A stretch of DNA of 64,000 nt from Picochlorum sp. SENEW3 (taxonomy: Eukaryota), in NCBI GenBank assembly GCA_034226945.1, contig CP120453.1, positions 992,001 through 1,056,000 of the forward strand. Direction: 5' to 3'. A program made the translations under genes and the position numbers. Below, in pieces: positions 11,904-22,329 of the stretch; within the stretch, counting starts at the first letter, position 1; each line of letters opens with the position of its first letter. The notes beneath the pieces are model-generated. The model ran no database searches, was not told the origin of the DNA, and saw nothing but the letters and a program-made list of their open reading frames with translations.

Positions 11904-12297
11904 CTATAACTTGTCCTGCGACTCCACATGTATGTGTGACATGGAATCATGCCTCACGTGCACTGGAGGTTGAACAGTGGTTTCCTTTGCTCTCTTCAGC
12001 ATCATTCGCGCATTGTACTCCTCATCAGTCTCCACCAAAACCAAATGCTTTACCTGTACATGAAGAATATAATGATGCACGGGTTGATCACGCAGTGATA
12101 CGGCGTCCACATACCTTGGCAAGGGCACCCCGGATGGATGCATTATTTGGCTTCTCTACGCACTGTTCTCGGCGATTTAGTCCTAGAGATTGTAATGTTT
12201 TAATATGGGTTTCCTTTTTACCCGCAAATCCCCTCTTTAGCGTGACAAATAGAGACTTTATTGCCTCCTTTGTCCCATGGCCTTTGAGTGCTGCCAT
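11904..12297 (-). CDS. Mitochondrial ribosomal protein uL30 (intron 12054..12114)
   Basis: LFVTLKRG...KTLQSLGL...NNASIRGALAK|VKHLVLVET is the uL30 signature. Confidence 0.85.
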
Positions 12298-12528
12298 CAA
12301 GCACGATAGACATGGACACACACAGAGCCCCTTCTTACTTTTAATTCAGTACTATTATTATATGGGTGAGTTCAATCGTCGTCTTGTCAGTGCCATCAGA
12401 GACAAGTGTCCCGAAATACTTTGGTATGTCAGAGGCATGTCCATCACAAAATCCGTTACACGTGTCACACAGAGGCAGGGAGATTTATTATTAAATCTTT
12501 ATAGATACTCATATAGTAGATAATCACG

Positions 12529-12989
12529 ATGGCGATGATGACAATGGCACGATCGTGTTCAAGAATAAGCCTGGTGGGAATGCATTCCAAGACCACAGTT
12601 GGGTCACGCCGTGTCGGTGTGCAACACCATGGATGGTATCGTGTGCCATCAGAGCGTGTCTTGGTGACGCATGCTCTCGGAGGTGAGGAATGGCTCACTG
12701 TTTGATTCTTTCATTCATTCCTTGTTGCTTGTGACCAATGCCTCTTCACACACGTTTCACTTATCTGTATCTTCCATGTGCTTCAGATTCAAAGGATAAG
12801 GATTCATCAAATAGTGGATTGAAGAGAGAGGATGAGCCAGAGGAGTATTGGTCTTCTGAAAGGGAGAGGAAGGGTGAGAGTCCTTTCAAGGATCCTTTGG
12901 CCATTATTGGGATTGTGTCTATTCTGTTTCCATTCATCTTTTTGATCATTGCGAGTTCTGTGGGGCTCGTGGATCTGTCTCCAAGGTAA
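12529..12989 (+). CDS. Small plastid-targeted single-TM protein of green-lineage type (intron 12683..12786)
   Basis: Transit-peptide-like exon 1 (MAMMTMARSCSR...) splices in frame to DSKDK...EPEEYWSSERERKGESPFKDPLAIIGI..., followed by a TM helix. Confidence 0.75.
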
Positions 12990-13114
12990 TGCCATCTTGT
13001 TTGTTTGCTTGTTTGACTGATTAATGATGATGATGAAAGAAAACCCTGCATGGATCGAGCTACTTTATTTTAAATACAAACATAATAATTATAATAAATA
13101 TTTAAAGGTGACCA

Positions 13115-14266
13115 TTACTTCTCCACCAAATTCGAAAAGACTGGCAGTCTCCTGGCACCCTGTGCACTGGCCTGTTGTGGATGCATGTGTGGGGATGTTG
13201 GCATGGACCCAGCCTCGTTGGGTGATCCTGATACGAGGCTTGTGCTTCGGGGAAGGATGCCAGTTGGAAGACTCCCGTGTCCAGATATACTATCTCCTGA
13301 AAAGCTGGGTTGGAGTGCATCAGTGCTTCCCATCAATTGTTGGTTTCCAAGTTGAAATGGACCCTCATCATCATTGCAATGCAGCACATCGAGCGCTGCT
13401 GTTAGAGCCGTCTCATATTCAGTGTGTTGTATGAGAGAGGGAGGCGATTCCTGCGGAAATGATGCTCCTCCTCCTCCTCGAGATGTAACTGTAGCATAGT
13501 CTGGCCCTCCCATGAGAGAGTTTGATGATCCGCTCAACTGGCTACTTGCAGCTGATCCAACAGGATGTGCTCTCTGTGCCATTTTCTTCGAGGCACCTCT
13601 GGCAACATTTGCAAAGGATGCTGGATTATTATCCAGCCCTCCTCCTGGTATCATCTGAGGCTTGCTGTCAAGCATCACCTGCGGCTCTTGGGGCATACTT
13701 GGTGTCGCCTTTGCTGTTCTCAATTGGGCCAAGGCAGTGCTCTGGTGAATAAACCTGCATCGAGTCCCATAGGGACAGGTGCCAGTCGTTGCAAAAGTTC
13801 TGCACACTTCAGTCTTGTACTTTGGATGTCTCTGCACCGGCCTTAGTTCCTCCAAGCTATGAGCAAACTGACATTTCGTTCCATACCGGCAGGTCCCAAA
13901 CTCCTCCCACGACCGACACAGCTCCGTCTACAACAACAAACCCCAGCAAGGTCACACCGGTTCTACCCAGGTCTCCCACCCCGTGGTCTCCACCGAATCT
14001 ATTGAATAAAAAATGACAATACTATCATTGATACGCACCTTGTACAGAGGATTTTGAGACGCAGAGCTCTGTTGAGCGCCCCCACTGCCCTGTCTATGTT
14101 GACTCATACCGGTCTGCGTCGAATCCTCCTCTTCACTATTGTTCTCCAAAAGCGACTGTTGAATTTTATTCTTGTCTTGATAACGCAATGCAAGCTCACC
14201 TTGGGGCACGAAATCCCTCGGAGGTGGTACGAGTTTAGTACCCGAACTCCGCTGTTGCTGCGTCAT
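13115..14266 (-). CDS. Tristetraprolin-type tandem CCCH zinc-finger RNA-binding protein (intron 13928..14038)
   Basis: LYK|TELC-x8-C-x5-C-x3-H, 18-aa linker containing HPKYKTEV, second CCCH finger; C-terminal RRLPVF. Confidence 0.9.
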
Positions 14267-14676
14267 CGTCTGTCTCAATGTATATATCGTATTCACTAAT
14301 CCAAATAAATTACAATCATCCGCGTTGCCAACGGAGTCACGGGCTTTCGCTCGTCCTCTCTCCAACCATGGCTGGGGATTCCTTTCCAACAACTCGTATC
14401 GACCACAACTCTGTTGTATGCGCCTTTATGGGATCAAATGATGTTTTATAAATAAATATAAGAGTATTGGAGGAAGGATGGAAGGTATCTGTGGATGGTA
14501 TACTTTTGCCCAATCTCATCACAATGTGTTATCAGTGTACAGATGCCCAACAGTGCCACCATTCATTGTTGGGATAGCCTTCTTTATCATCATGCAGGAT
14601 ACGTGTACGAGAGAGATTACTATGGCAATGCGCGTTTTTACATCGAATGGCAAAACGTATAGATGCCTCATCAGTT

Positions 14677-17049
14677 CTATGGAGTGGATGCTGAAATCTC
14701 ATGTGGGGGATCTGAATGCTTTCTTGTCCGTGGTACCTGGGCTCTCTTCTTGTTCTGGAACCATTTCAGTGTTCCATACGCAACAAGCATGAACACTGGG
14801 ATGCCAAGGCCTAGTCCGAGTCCCTGTACAGCATACATGTATACGAGTTAATGAAGGTGAATGTAGAATGAGGAATGGAGAGAGATTCGTACCAAGGGTA
14901 ATGCAATGGATGAGTCTGTCTGTTGGTCTGGGGATGGTGATGGTGGGGCTGATGGATCTTGGATGCTACCTTCTGGCAAAGACGTCTCTTCCAGTGATTG
15001 GATCATGTTATCAATCGTCGTGGATGATGTATACATTTCAGTCGTCATGGTACCATTGACCAGATTTTGGATGGAGGGAATGATGTCTCTTTGAACAACG
15101 ATGGACGATCTGAATACATCATCAATTGTGGATGTCTGTTCTTCTGAAAGTTCTTGGAATGTTCTGATTGAGGATATGATGGCCTGCGTGAATATCATAC
15201 ACGTGTAAATAACAGGTATGCTGTCGTGTATCAACGAAGAAGAGTCAACGTACAGTTTGGATTGATTGATCCAGCTCTTGGATATCAGTTTCTGTAATGT
15301 CCGAACTATTTGAAATGAATTCAAGAAAGCTCACATCTGGTGTGAGCACGTTTGTTGTCTTCAGTGTTCTAGCCCTGAATGATGATGTCGTTGCAGGAGA
15401 GATTACTGATGCCAAGGCCTTGAAGCATGCCCTGGCAACCTTTTGAAACACAGCATCATTGCGACTGATGGCTTGGGAAATTTGAGACTGGAAATAAGTT
15501 CAGAATGGGGTGTTAGTCATTGCATATTGTTTGTATATTGAAAGGATATACGTACCACGAGACTTTTCACTTGGACTTCCTTCTTCATGATTGTCAGGCA
15601 GGTGGAATTACCATCAAGAGCACACTGCATTGAATCGAGTTCCGTTGAATTGGTGAACTACAACTCTATCATATTGAAAGCAACATACCCTAAGAATATC
15701 AATAGATCCGAAATTGTAGCCTGTTGGAATGGATAATGCAGTACTGATATCATCTGAGGTGATGCCCTGCATGGCTGCCAAAGTTGACAATGGCGACACA
15801 GCAATAATGGAATTTGAGCTGCACGTAGTAGGAGAAGCAGCAGCTAGAGGAAGTCGCTCAGGCAATAATGTTGCCATATCATGGCAGGTGTTTGACTCGG
15901 GGGACACTTGACTGACCATGGAAGCAGCTGCTGGCTCAAGTCTGATCATTTGTCCGGACAGATCTAGGGATGGTGCAGCGAACGAAAATGTCCCATCGGA
16001 TATGAGATCAAATGGCTCATTTGCATCTCGTACGACATCCAAGTCCATATCAAGGTAAATGTTGCAGCTACTCAAGTACCCAACATAAGCAACTCCTGTA
16101 TTTGCAATCATATTATGCATGAGATTCATGGGTATCATTATTTCTCAGGCAGGGGAGATCAATCATGTGATGTTCGTACCTGAGCATGGATCATTTCCAG
16201 CACCACCTTCAACTGGTGGACTTGTATTCCCTGTCTCAGGAGCGGGTGCAGGCTGTGGGGTTAGAGTGGTGTCTGGTCCTGGCTCTGGAGTTGGTGCTGG
16301 ATTTGGCTCACCTGCTGCTGGTGTTGGTGCTGGGATTGGATCACCACTTTCTGGGATTGGAGCTGGCGTTGGTCCACTTGCTGGGATTGGAGCTGGATTT
16401 GGCCCACTTGCTGGGATTGGAGCTGGCGTTGGTCCACTTGCTGGGATTGGAGCTGGATTTGGCTCACTTGCTGGGATTGGAGCTGGATTTGGCTCACTTG
16501 CTGGGATTGGAGCTGGATTTGGCTCACCTGCTGCTGGTTGGGGTGCTGGGATTGGCTCACCAGTTGCTGGGATTGGAGCTGGCGTTGGTCCACTTGCTGG
16601 GATTGGAGCTGGATTTGGCTCACTTGATGGAGTTGGTGCTGGATTTGGCTCACTAGTTGCTGGTGTTGGTGCTGGATTTGGCTCACCTGCTGCTGGTTGG
16701 GGTGCTGGGATTGGCTCAATTGCTGCTGGTGTTGGAGCTGGTGTAGGTTCGCTTGCTGCTGGTTGGGGTGCTGGGATTGGTGTTGGTGCTGGTGTTGGCT
16801 CACCGCTTGCTGGTGTTGGAGCTGGTGTAGGTTCGCTTATTGGTGCTGGGATTGGTTCATCTGCTGCTGGGGTTGGAGTATCAGATATCTGACCGCGAAC
16901 AGGCACTACAGGGACTGGCAGCATCTCAGAGCGTTTTCTTCGAAGAACCAAAAAGGTCTAATCATAGACATACCTGATGAAAGGCTGATCAAACAGCAAA
17001 CTAGGATCACCTTCCATTGTCTGAACCCACAGGGATTTTGAATCACCAT
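14677..17049 (-). CDS. Type I membrane surface glycoprotein: signal peptide, Pro/Ala/Thr repeat stalk, globular domain, TM helix, short tail (7 exons)
   Basis: Six GT..AG introns (16906..16973, 16096..16179, 15625..15688, 15488..15555, 15184..15253, 14824..14892) all join in frame. N-terminus MVIQNPCGFRQWKVILVCCLISLSS; TM GLGLGLGIPVFMLVAYGTL followed by KWFQNKKR. Confidence 0.75.
16280..16880. repeat. Coding tandem repeat of 30/33-nt units (EP[N/T/I]PAP[I/T/Q]PA[A]S-type)
   Basis: Repeated cacttgctgggattggagctgg... units; several frames on both strands are open across it. Confidence 0.9.
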
Positions 17050-17253
17050 TTTCAAGACTAGCTCACTGATGGGCAATCAATGCAATAGTACATCAAAGAA
17101 AAAGTAATAAAGTGATTGGATTCTTTTTACAAGATCTGTTCACAAAAATGTCTGCTCTTAATCCTCAACATCAAAGTACATTGGTAATGTCACCTAGAAA
17201 TTGTCTGAATCAACCCTCTTTGACCAACCCATCGCATGACGTGGTTAGACTTG

Positions 17254-18777
17254 TCAATGGATTAGCATTTTGGAGAGAACAGACTCAACTAAGTCATGTG
17301 TAGAATTAGAAAATTTGCGTGCAAGAAGTGGGCATACTGAACCGAGTGGAACATACGACGGAGTGGGGTTCTGGTTAAGACTGCCGCACAGTGCAACAGT
17401 CTTACTCTTCTTTGAACCAACTACTTTAGAAATATTTCTGAATTGTTCACCGACCGTCATCTGTATCATACTAGATCTCTCACAAGATTCTATTTCAGCA
17501 TGTCGAAGTTTTATAAAAAGATCTGTGCTGATATCTGCTGGTTTATATTCATATGGGTGAGGGTCTGTCGCCTTGACTCTAGACCAATCCCTGTCAGTTA
17601 ATTCTCCTCTGCAGTCCGTCTCGTTATCCAGGCCTTGTATAGCAAGCAGTGTCGGAATATAATGCTCGTCGCTGTAACATACTCGAAAGTCACACCAGTC
17701 ATCATCCCATCGTGGTCTGCAGAGGTGTCTAAAAATATCATCAATTTTTCTATCATCTAGCACAATACGGGCATGCCCCCGCGTAAGGGCAATCCATTGC
17801 CAACTTTTTCTCCAGATGGTTTCTGTAATACCTGCTTCAATAAGATCCTGACGGAGCCTGTAGTTATTTGTGTCCCATCCTGCAGTGGTATTGCATGCAT
17901 TTATCCTGCTTTGGCTCTCAGAGACAAGCTGCTTGTAAAATACCAAGGGCCCATACAATGGAACGTCTGAATCAGATATAAGGACAAGTTTAGAGACGAG
18001 CGGGTTCGTCAAAGCCGCGGCGAAAAGAACTCGAGTAGCATCAATCAGTGAGTGACCTCCCCACGTCGCCTCCACTCTATACCGCTCAGGGATCAGGCTC
18101 TGTTTGAAAATGGATCTCTCAAAGATATCATCATCCATACCCTTTGGAAGATGAACCCACACATCAAATCCGTGTTGAAGACCAATCACATCATCCTGTG
18201 ATGCATCATCATGGACGCATGCCTTGGCAAGTACCTCCCTTGCAACAAGATCTCCTCTACTGTTGCCCTCACACCTTCCTAGTACACTTTCCGAGACTGG
18301 TATTCTATCTCTCATCATTTGAAACCATTGATACCATATCTTCTCATTGGGCAACTGCCCATGCACCAGAAAAAGCAGCGCTATCTGAGGAAACCCAAGT
18401 AATCTAGCACATTCATTGTCGCGTCGACGCAACTCATTGACACCCAAAAACTGTGGCTGATAAGGCTCAAACGGTCTACTGAATCCTTCAGAATCTGCTC
18501 GAGACTTTCTACTTGAACGATGCCATCTACATGTCAGAACATGATGCAACCGAAAACTACTCCACACAACCATTCCAACACCGCCAAGAAGAACCACAAG
18601 CAATACCCTCTGTACGCTACCACGCTTCCAAAACGGACGATTATCATCCCGATGGTGATGAAAATGGTGATGTTTACCAAACGAAGGAGAATGCTGACCC
18701 AGCGGAGATCCTATATGAATAGATCGATGAGCTGGGGACTCATCATAGGCATGCTGGTGCCGTTTCACAACTACCAT
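17254..18777 (-). CDS. Core-2/I-branching GT14-like (DUF266/BC10-like) glycosyltransferase, type II membrane
   Basis: N-terminal TM; IALLFL, WGGHSLIDA, LISDSDVPLY, WRKSWQW, CYSDEHYIPTLL. Confidence 0.88.
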   Translation of the reverse strand: MVVVKRHQHAYDESPAHRSIHIGSPLGQHSPSFGKHHHFHHHRDDNRPFWKRGSVQRVLLVVLLGGVGMVVWSSFRLHHVLTCRWHRSSRKSRADSEGFSRPFEPYQPQFLGVNELRRRDNECARLLGFPQIALLFLVHGQLPNEKIWYQWFQMMRDRIPVSESVLGRCEGNSRGDLVAREVLAKACVHDDASQDDVIGLQHGFDVWVHLPKGMDDDIFERSIFKQSLIPERYRVEATWGGHSLIDATRVLFAAALTNPLVSKLVLISDSDVPLYGPLVFYKQLVSESQSRINACNTTAGWDTNNYRLRQDLIEAGITETIWRKSWQWIALTRGHARIVLDDRKIDDIFRHLCRPRWDDDWCDFRVCYSDEHYIPTLLAIQGLDNETDCRGELTDRDWSRVKATDPHPYEYKPADISTDLFIKLRHAEIESCERSSMIQMTVGEQFRNISKVVGSKKSKTVALCGSLNQNPTPSYVPLGSVCPLLARKFSNSTHDLVESVLSKMLIH

Positions 18778-18781
18778 GCTG

Positions 18782-19249
18782 CTACACTATCTTCCTCTTC
18801 TCTGTTATCAGAGCATGCAAAGCATTACGCACGAAATCGGCATTTATTGGATCCTCAGTTTTCCCGATCGCTCTCCCTCGACTATTCAGCAAAACAAAAC
18901 AAGGAACCTTTTCAATGTTGTACCGAATCAACTCTGGAGCCCAATCGTCCCTGTTCAAAGAATCTATTTCAACCACCTTCAAGTCCTCTCTTTCCTTCTT
19001 CACCTGCAAGAGTATATAATTCATCACAGAACGTACACGACCGCAGTCAAGGTAGAAAACCAACCAGCATACTAGAGCACCCACCTTGTCCAGTTCCCCT
19101 CTCAAAGACGTACACAGGGTGCAATACGGAGACAAGAACGACAGAAGCACACGATCTTTCGAATTCAATGTATATAATTTCTCAGCATAGTCGATGGGCG
19201 TATCGAATCCTTTCCGACTGGTCAATTGAGACGAGTGACTTTGCCCCAT
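18782..19249 (-). CDS. Small thioredoxin-like protein with CTLC motif and probable N-myristoylation (in-frame intron 19004..19084)
   Basis: MGQSHS start, SPYCTLC, WAPELIRYNIEKVPCFVLL; 81-nt GT..AG intron inside the ORF. Confidence 0.75.
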   Translation of the reverse strand: MGQSHSSQLTSRKGFDTPIDYAEKLYTLNSKDRVLLSFLSPYCTLCTSLRGELDKVGALVCWLVFYLDCGRVRSVMNYILLQVKKEREDLKVVEIDSLNRDDWAPELIRYNIEKVPCFVLLNSRGRAIGKTEDPINADFVRNALHALITEKRKIV

Positions 19250-19605
19250 GGCATGGCCATGTCCGTCTCTGATTCAATACGTGACGCTCTGCAAAAAAAT
19301 ATCGAATATAAAAGACTATGCGTAGTATGCAGAAGAGAAAACGGATGTCCGAATCGTCACGATGAAATGACGATTGCCAGTTTTCCACACATTTGGTTTC
19401 AGCAAAGACTGCATCTGCTTCTTGCCCGAGATTGTCTCACAAAATGGATGATATGCTCATATCGCGACACAAATCGCAATATAAATATCTAATATTAGGA
19501 TTTAATGACCATTAGGCTGTTGTGTCGAGCGAGACGAATTTGAACATTTTCAAAACGCCTGTACTGAAATTCCACTTTTTTCATTCATATACCAATATCT
19601 AAAGT

Positions 19606-20794
19606 ATGGCAAGTATGGATACTGGTAGTGCTTCTAAAATACGAGCAGAGGTTCCCTGGAGTGAGAAATATAGGCCACAAACCTTGGAACAAGTATCTGC
19701 TCACAAGGATATTATTGATACCAGTGCGTCGCCATGGATGGTCTTATGCTCGCATCATAACTCTACTTCGTTTACAGATTGATTGTTTCGTTTTGTGCAG
19801 TTGGCAAGTTGCTGAGCGAGGATCAGTTGCCCCACATGCTCTTTTATGGCCCACCGGGAACAGGGAAGACATCGACAGCACTTGCACTCGCCAAGCACAT
19901 GTATGGGAAATCGATCGAGGCAATGACACTGGAATTGAACGCATCTGATGATAGAGGTATCAATATCGTCAGAAACGAGATTCAGGATTTTGCAAGCACA
20001 AGAACCATGATGAGCAACAAATTCAAATTCATTATTTTGGACGAGTGTGATGCCATGACAAAGGATGCGCAAATGGCATTGAGGAGGGTGATGGAGAAAT
20101 ATGTGAAAAATGCAAGATTCTGTCTGATTTGCAATTACGTGAGTAAAATTATTCCAGCCTTGCAGTCACGATGCACCAGGTTTAGATTCCAGCCACTTCC
20201 AGAAGAATTTGTAAAGGCTCGCCTGGAATATATTTGTGATGAAGAGCACATAGAAAAGGATGAAAGCGGTGTTGATGCCGTGATGCGACTCGGGTGTGGC
20301 GACATGCGCCGGGCCTTGAATTTACTGCAGTCAACATGCATGTCAGCAGGACGGGTGGCTGAGGATGCTGCATATCAATGTGCTGGAAAGCCTCTCCCAT
20401 CAGATATTGATGCTATCGCAACATGCTTATTCAACGAGTCCCTCAAGGACTCATTTACAAGTACGATTTGTATATTTGCTGTCCTTGTTTTTCTCCCACT
20501 CGCAGTATGCTATGATTGATATATATATATATAACAAGCACACATGCCATATATGATGCAGAGATTTCTAGTCTTCAGAAGGAGAAAGGCATCGCCCTCG
20601 TAGACATTCTGTATGAGATCCATCCCTACATTTTCAGAGTATCCATGCCAGCGAAAGCACGGATCAATCTCGTCAGCAAGCTGGCAGATGCCGAGTATCG
20701 ACTCGCCTTTGGAACCAGCGATCAACTGCAACTGGGATCTGTCTGCGGTGCATTTGCAGAAGCAAGAGAATCCATCGTGGCTGCAGCTGTCTGA
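19606..20794 (+). CDS. RFC5: Replication factor C small subunit (human RFC5/yeast Rfc3 type; introns 19724..19800, 20461..20561)
   Basis: PWSEKYRP, PHMLFYGPPGTGKT, LELNASDDRG, DECD, SRC motifs. Confidence 0.9.
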
Positions 20795-20853
20795 TATCAA
20801 TTCTTTTGTGTATTATATTGATCACATGTGAATATCACTCGGTCTAAAGGACA

Positions 20854-21957
20854 ATGTATACATTGAGTGCGGCGTTATTCCTACTCCTCCCTCTCCTTGT
20901 TTGTTTTCAAGAGGTTTGCAGCGCTAGAGGCACTGTCGGAGCCCATTCTTGGAAGAATGATGTTTTATTTAAGTTAAAGAATCAAGATTATGAGAATGTG
21001 GCACCACTGATCGGTGTGCTCGCGCAGCCTCACCCTCCCAAGGATTCAAAGGTTGGTGCGCATCAGTCTATTTCTGGTCCACTAGTGCAATGGATTGAGT
21101 CGGCTGGAGGCCGTGTTGTACCTATTCGATACGATTCTACAAAAGAAGAGGTGGAAGAGCTCTTTGAGACCCTGAATGGTCTGGTCTTTCCTGGTGGCTC
21201 TGGGACCCTGTGGTATGGCCATGCGTTTTTCGATACAGCGGCGCATCTGTGGAGTTTGGCCAAGGATGCGAATCGAAACGGGGAACTGTTTCCTGTATTC
21301 GGCATTTGTTTGGGTTTTGAGACGATACACATCTTGGTAGCGAACCGTACGAGTGAAGAAATTCTAGTCCCAGCAGCAGGTCAGGAGAGCGTGGCAAACA
21401 CGTTGGAATTGATGGATGGAGCAAAGGATAGCGTATTCTTTAGCAATTGGAAGAATGATCTCATCTTGGGAGCTGCGGATCCGAGAAGAAAACCGACATT
21501 TAATGCCCATGAGTGGGCTGTTCCCTTATCAGTGTACAAGGATCACGCAGCATTGGATGATGAGCTCGAAATTCTGTCCACCTCCACGGATACTCATGGC
21601 CATGAATATGTCTCTACTGTAGAAGGAAGAAATATGCCCATCTTTGCCACGCAGTGGCATCCAGAGAAGACACCGTATGAATTCTCAGACAAGACAATAC
21701 CTCATACAAGAACAGCAATTGATGCAGCATATGCATCTGCACAAATTTTTGTTGAAACGGCAAAGCTGAACCCAGAAAAGACACCATACAAGGATCAAGT
21801 CAAGTTGGTGATACAGAATTATGAGCAAGTCTTCATCGCCTCCGATCCTGAAGAGGTGAAAAGCAGGGACCCCTTGCCAGACACTGTGTGGATGATTCCT
21901 GACTCTGCAGGTCCCCTACCCTCAACAGTCTCTGACCAGCAGTATCAAGAGCATTAA
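20854..21957 (+). CDS. GGH: Gamma-glutamyl hydrolase (peptidase C26), with signal peptide
   Basis: PLIGVL, WIESAGGRVVPI, GICLGFE (catalytic Cys), QWHPEK. Confidence 0.9.
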   Translation: MYTLSAALFLLLPLLVCFQEVCSARGTVGAHSWKNDVLFKLKNQDYENVAPLIGVLAQPHPPKDSKVGAHQSISGPLVQWIESAGGRVVPIRYDSTKEEVEELFETLNGLVFPGGSGTLWYGHAFFDTAAHLWSLAKDANRNGELFPVFGICLGFETIHILVANRTSEEILVPAAGQESVANTLELMDGAKDSVFFSNWKNDLILGAADPRRKPTFNAHEWAVPLSVYKDHAALDDELEILSTSTDTHGHEYVSTVEGRNMPIFATQWHPEKTPYEFSDKTIPHTRTAIDAAYASAQIFVETAKLNPEKTPYKDQVKLVIQNYEQVFIASDPEEVKSRDPLPDTVWMIPDSAGPLPSTVSDQQYQEH

Positions 21958-22329
21958 TAAGATGTCTTTCGCCACTGTCTTTTTCTGTTTCTGTAGTCGT
22001 AGTCGTAGTGTTGTTCGTCGTCGCATGCTTGTTTGGTTGCCTTTCTCTCTACGAGATGCTTTTCTGGTGGGAGAAAGTTCTCTTGTTAGTCATCGTCACC
22101 AATTCCATAGCATGAATTCTGTTTTGATAGATTTTTTAATAGATAATAATTAAGAAAAGTCTGATAAAATCCCCTTTCATCGCAATCTTTGGTGGTTGCA
22201 TGGAAATGCTCTCAACGATTCCCTCGTTGTAACGGTTTTACATGGGTACAACCAGATACGCACCCATGAATAGGTGTATTTCATCCTAATAGTGATCAAG
22301 AATCGGTAATCAGTGGTAGATCGGGTATC

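Noticed and set aside
11936..12523. 195-aa plus-strand ORF
   Set aside because: Antisense to the spliced uL30 gene, with no protein-like features.
16280..16880. CRISPR-like appearance of about 30-nt repeats
   Set aside because: Units are contiguous with no unique spacers, lie in a coding frame, and there are no cas genes. The context is eukaryotic.
16119..16892. 257-aa Gly-rich plus-strand ORF and the Leu-rich and Gln-rich alternative-frame ORFs
   Set aside because: Shadows of the Pro-rich tandem repeat. Only the minus-strand Pro frame splices into a coherent signal-peptide-to-TM protein.
18520..19272. 250-aa plus-strand ORF
   Set aside because: Antisense to the thioredoxin-like and GT14-like genes, with no recognisable motifs.
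19249..19290. In-frame TGA upstream of the thioredoxin ATG as possible selenocysteine
   Set aside because: It is not in a redox motif, the CxxC is intact, the MGxxxS start is plausible, and no SECIS was recognised.
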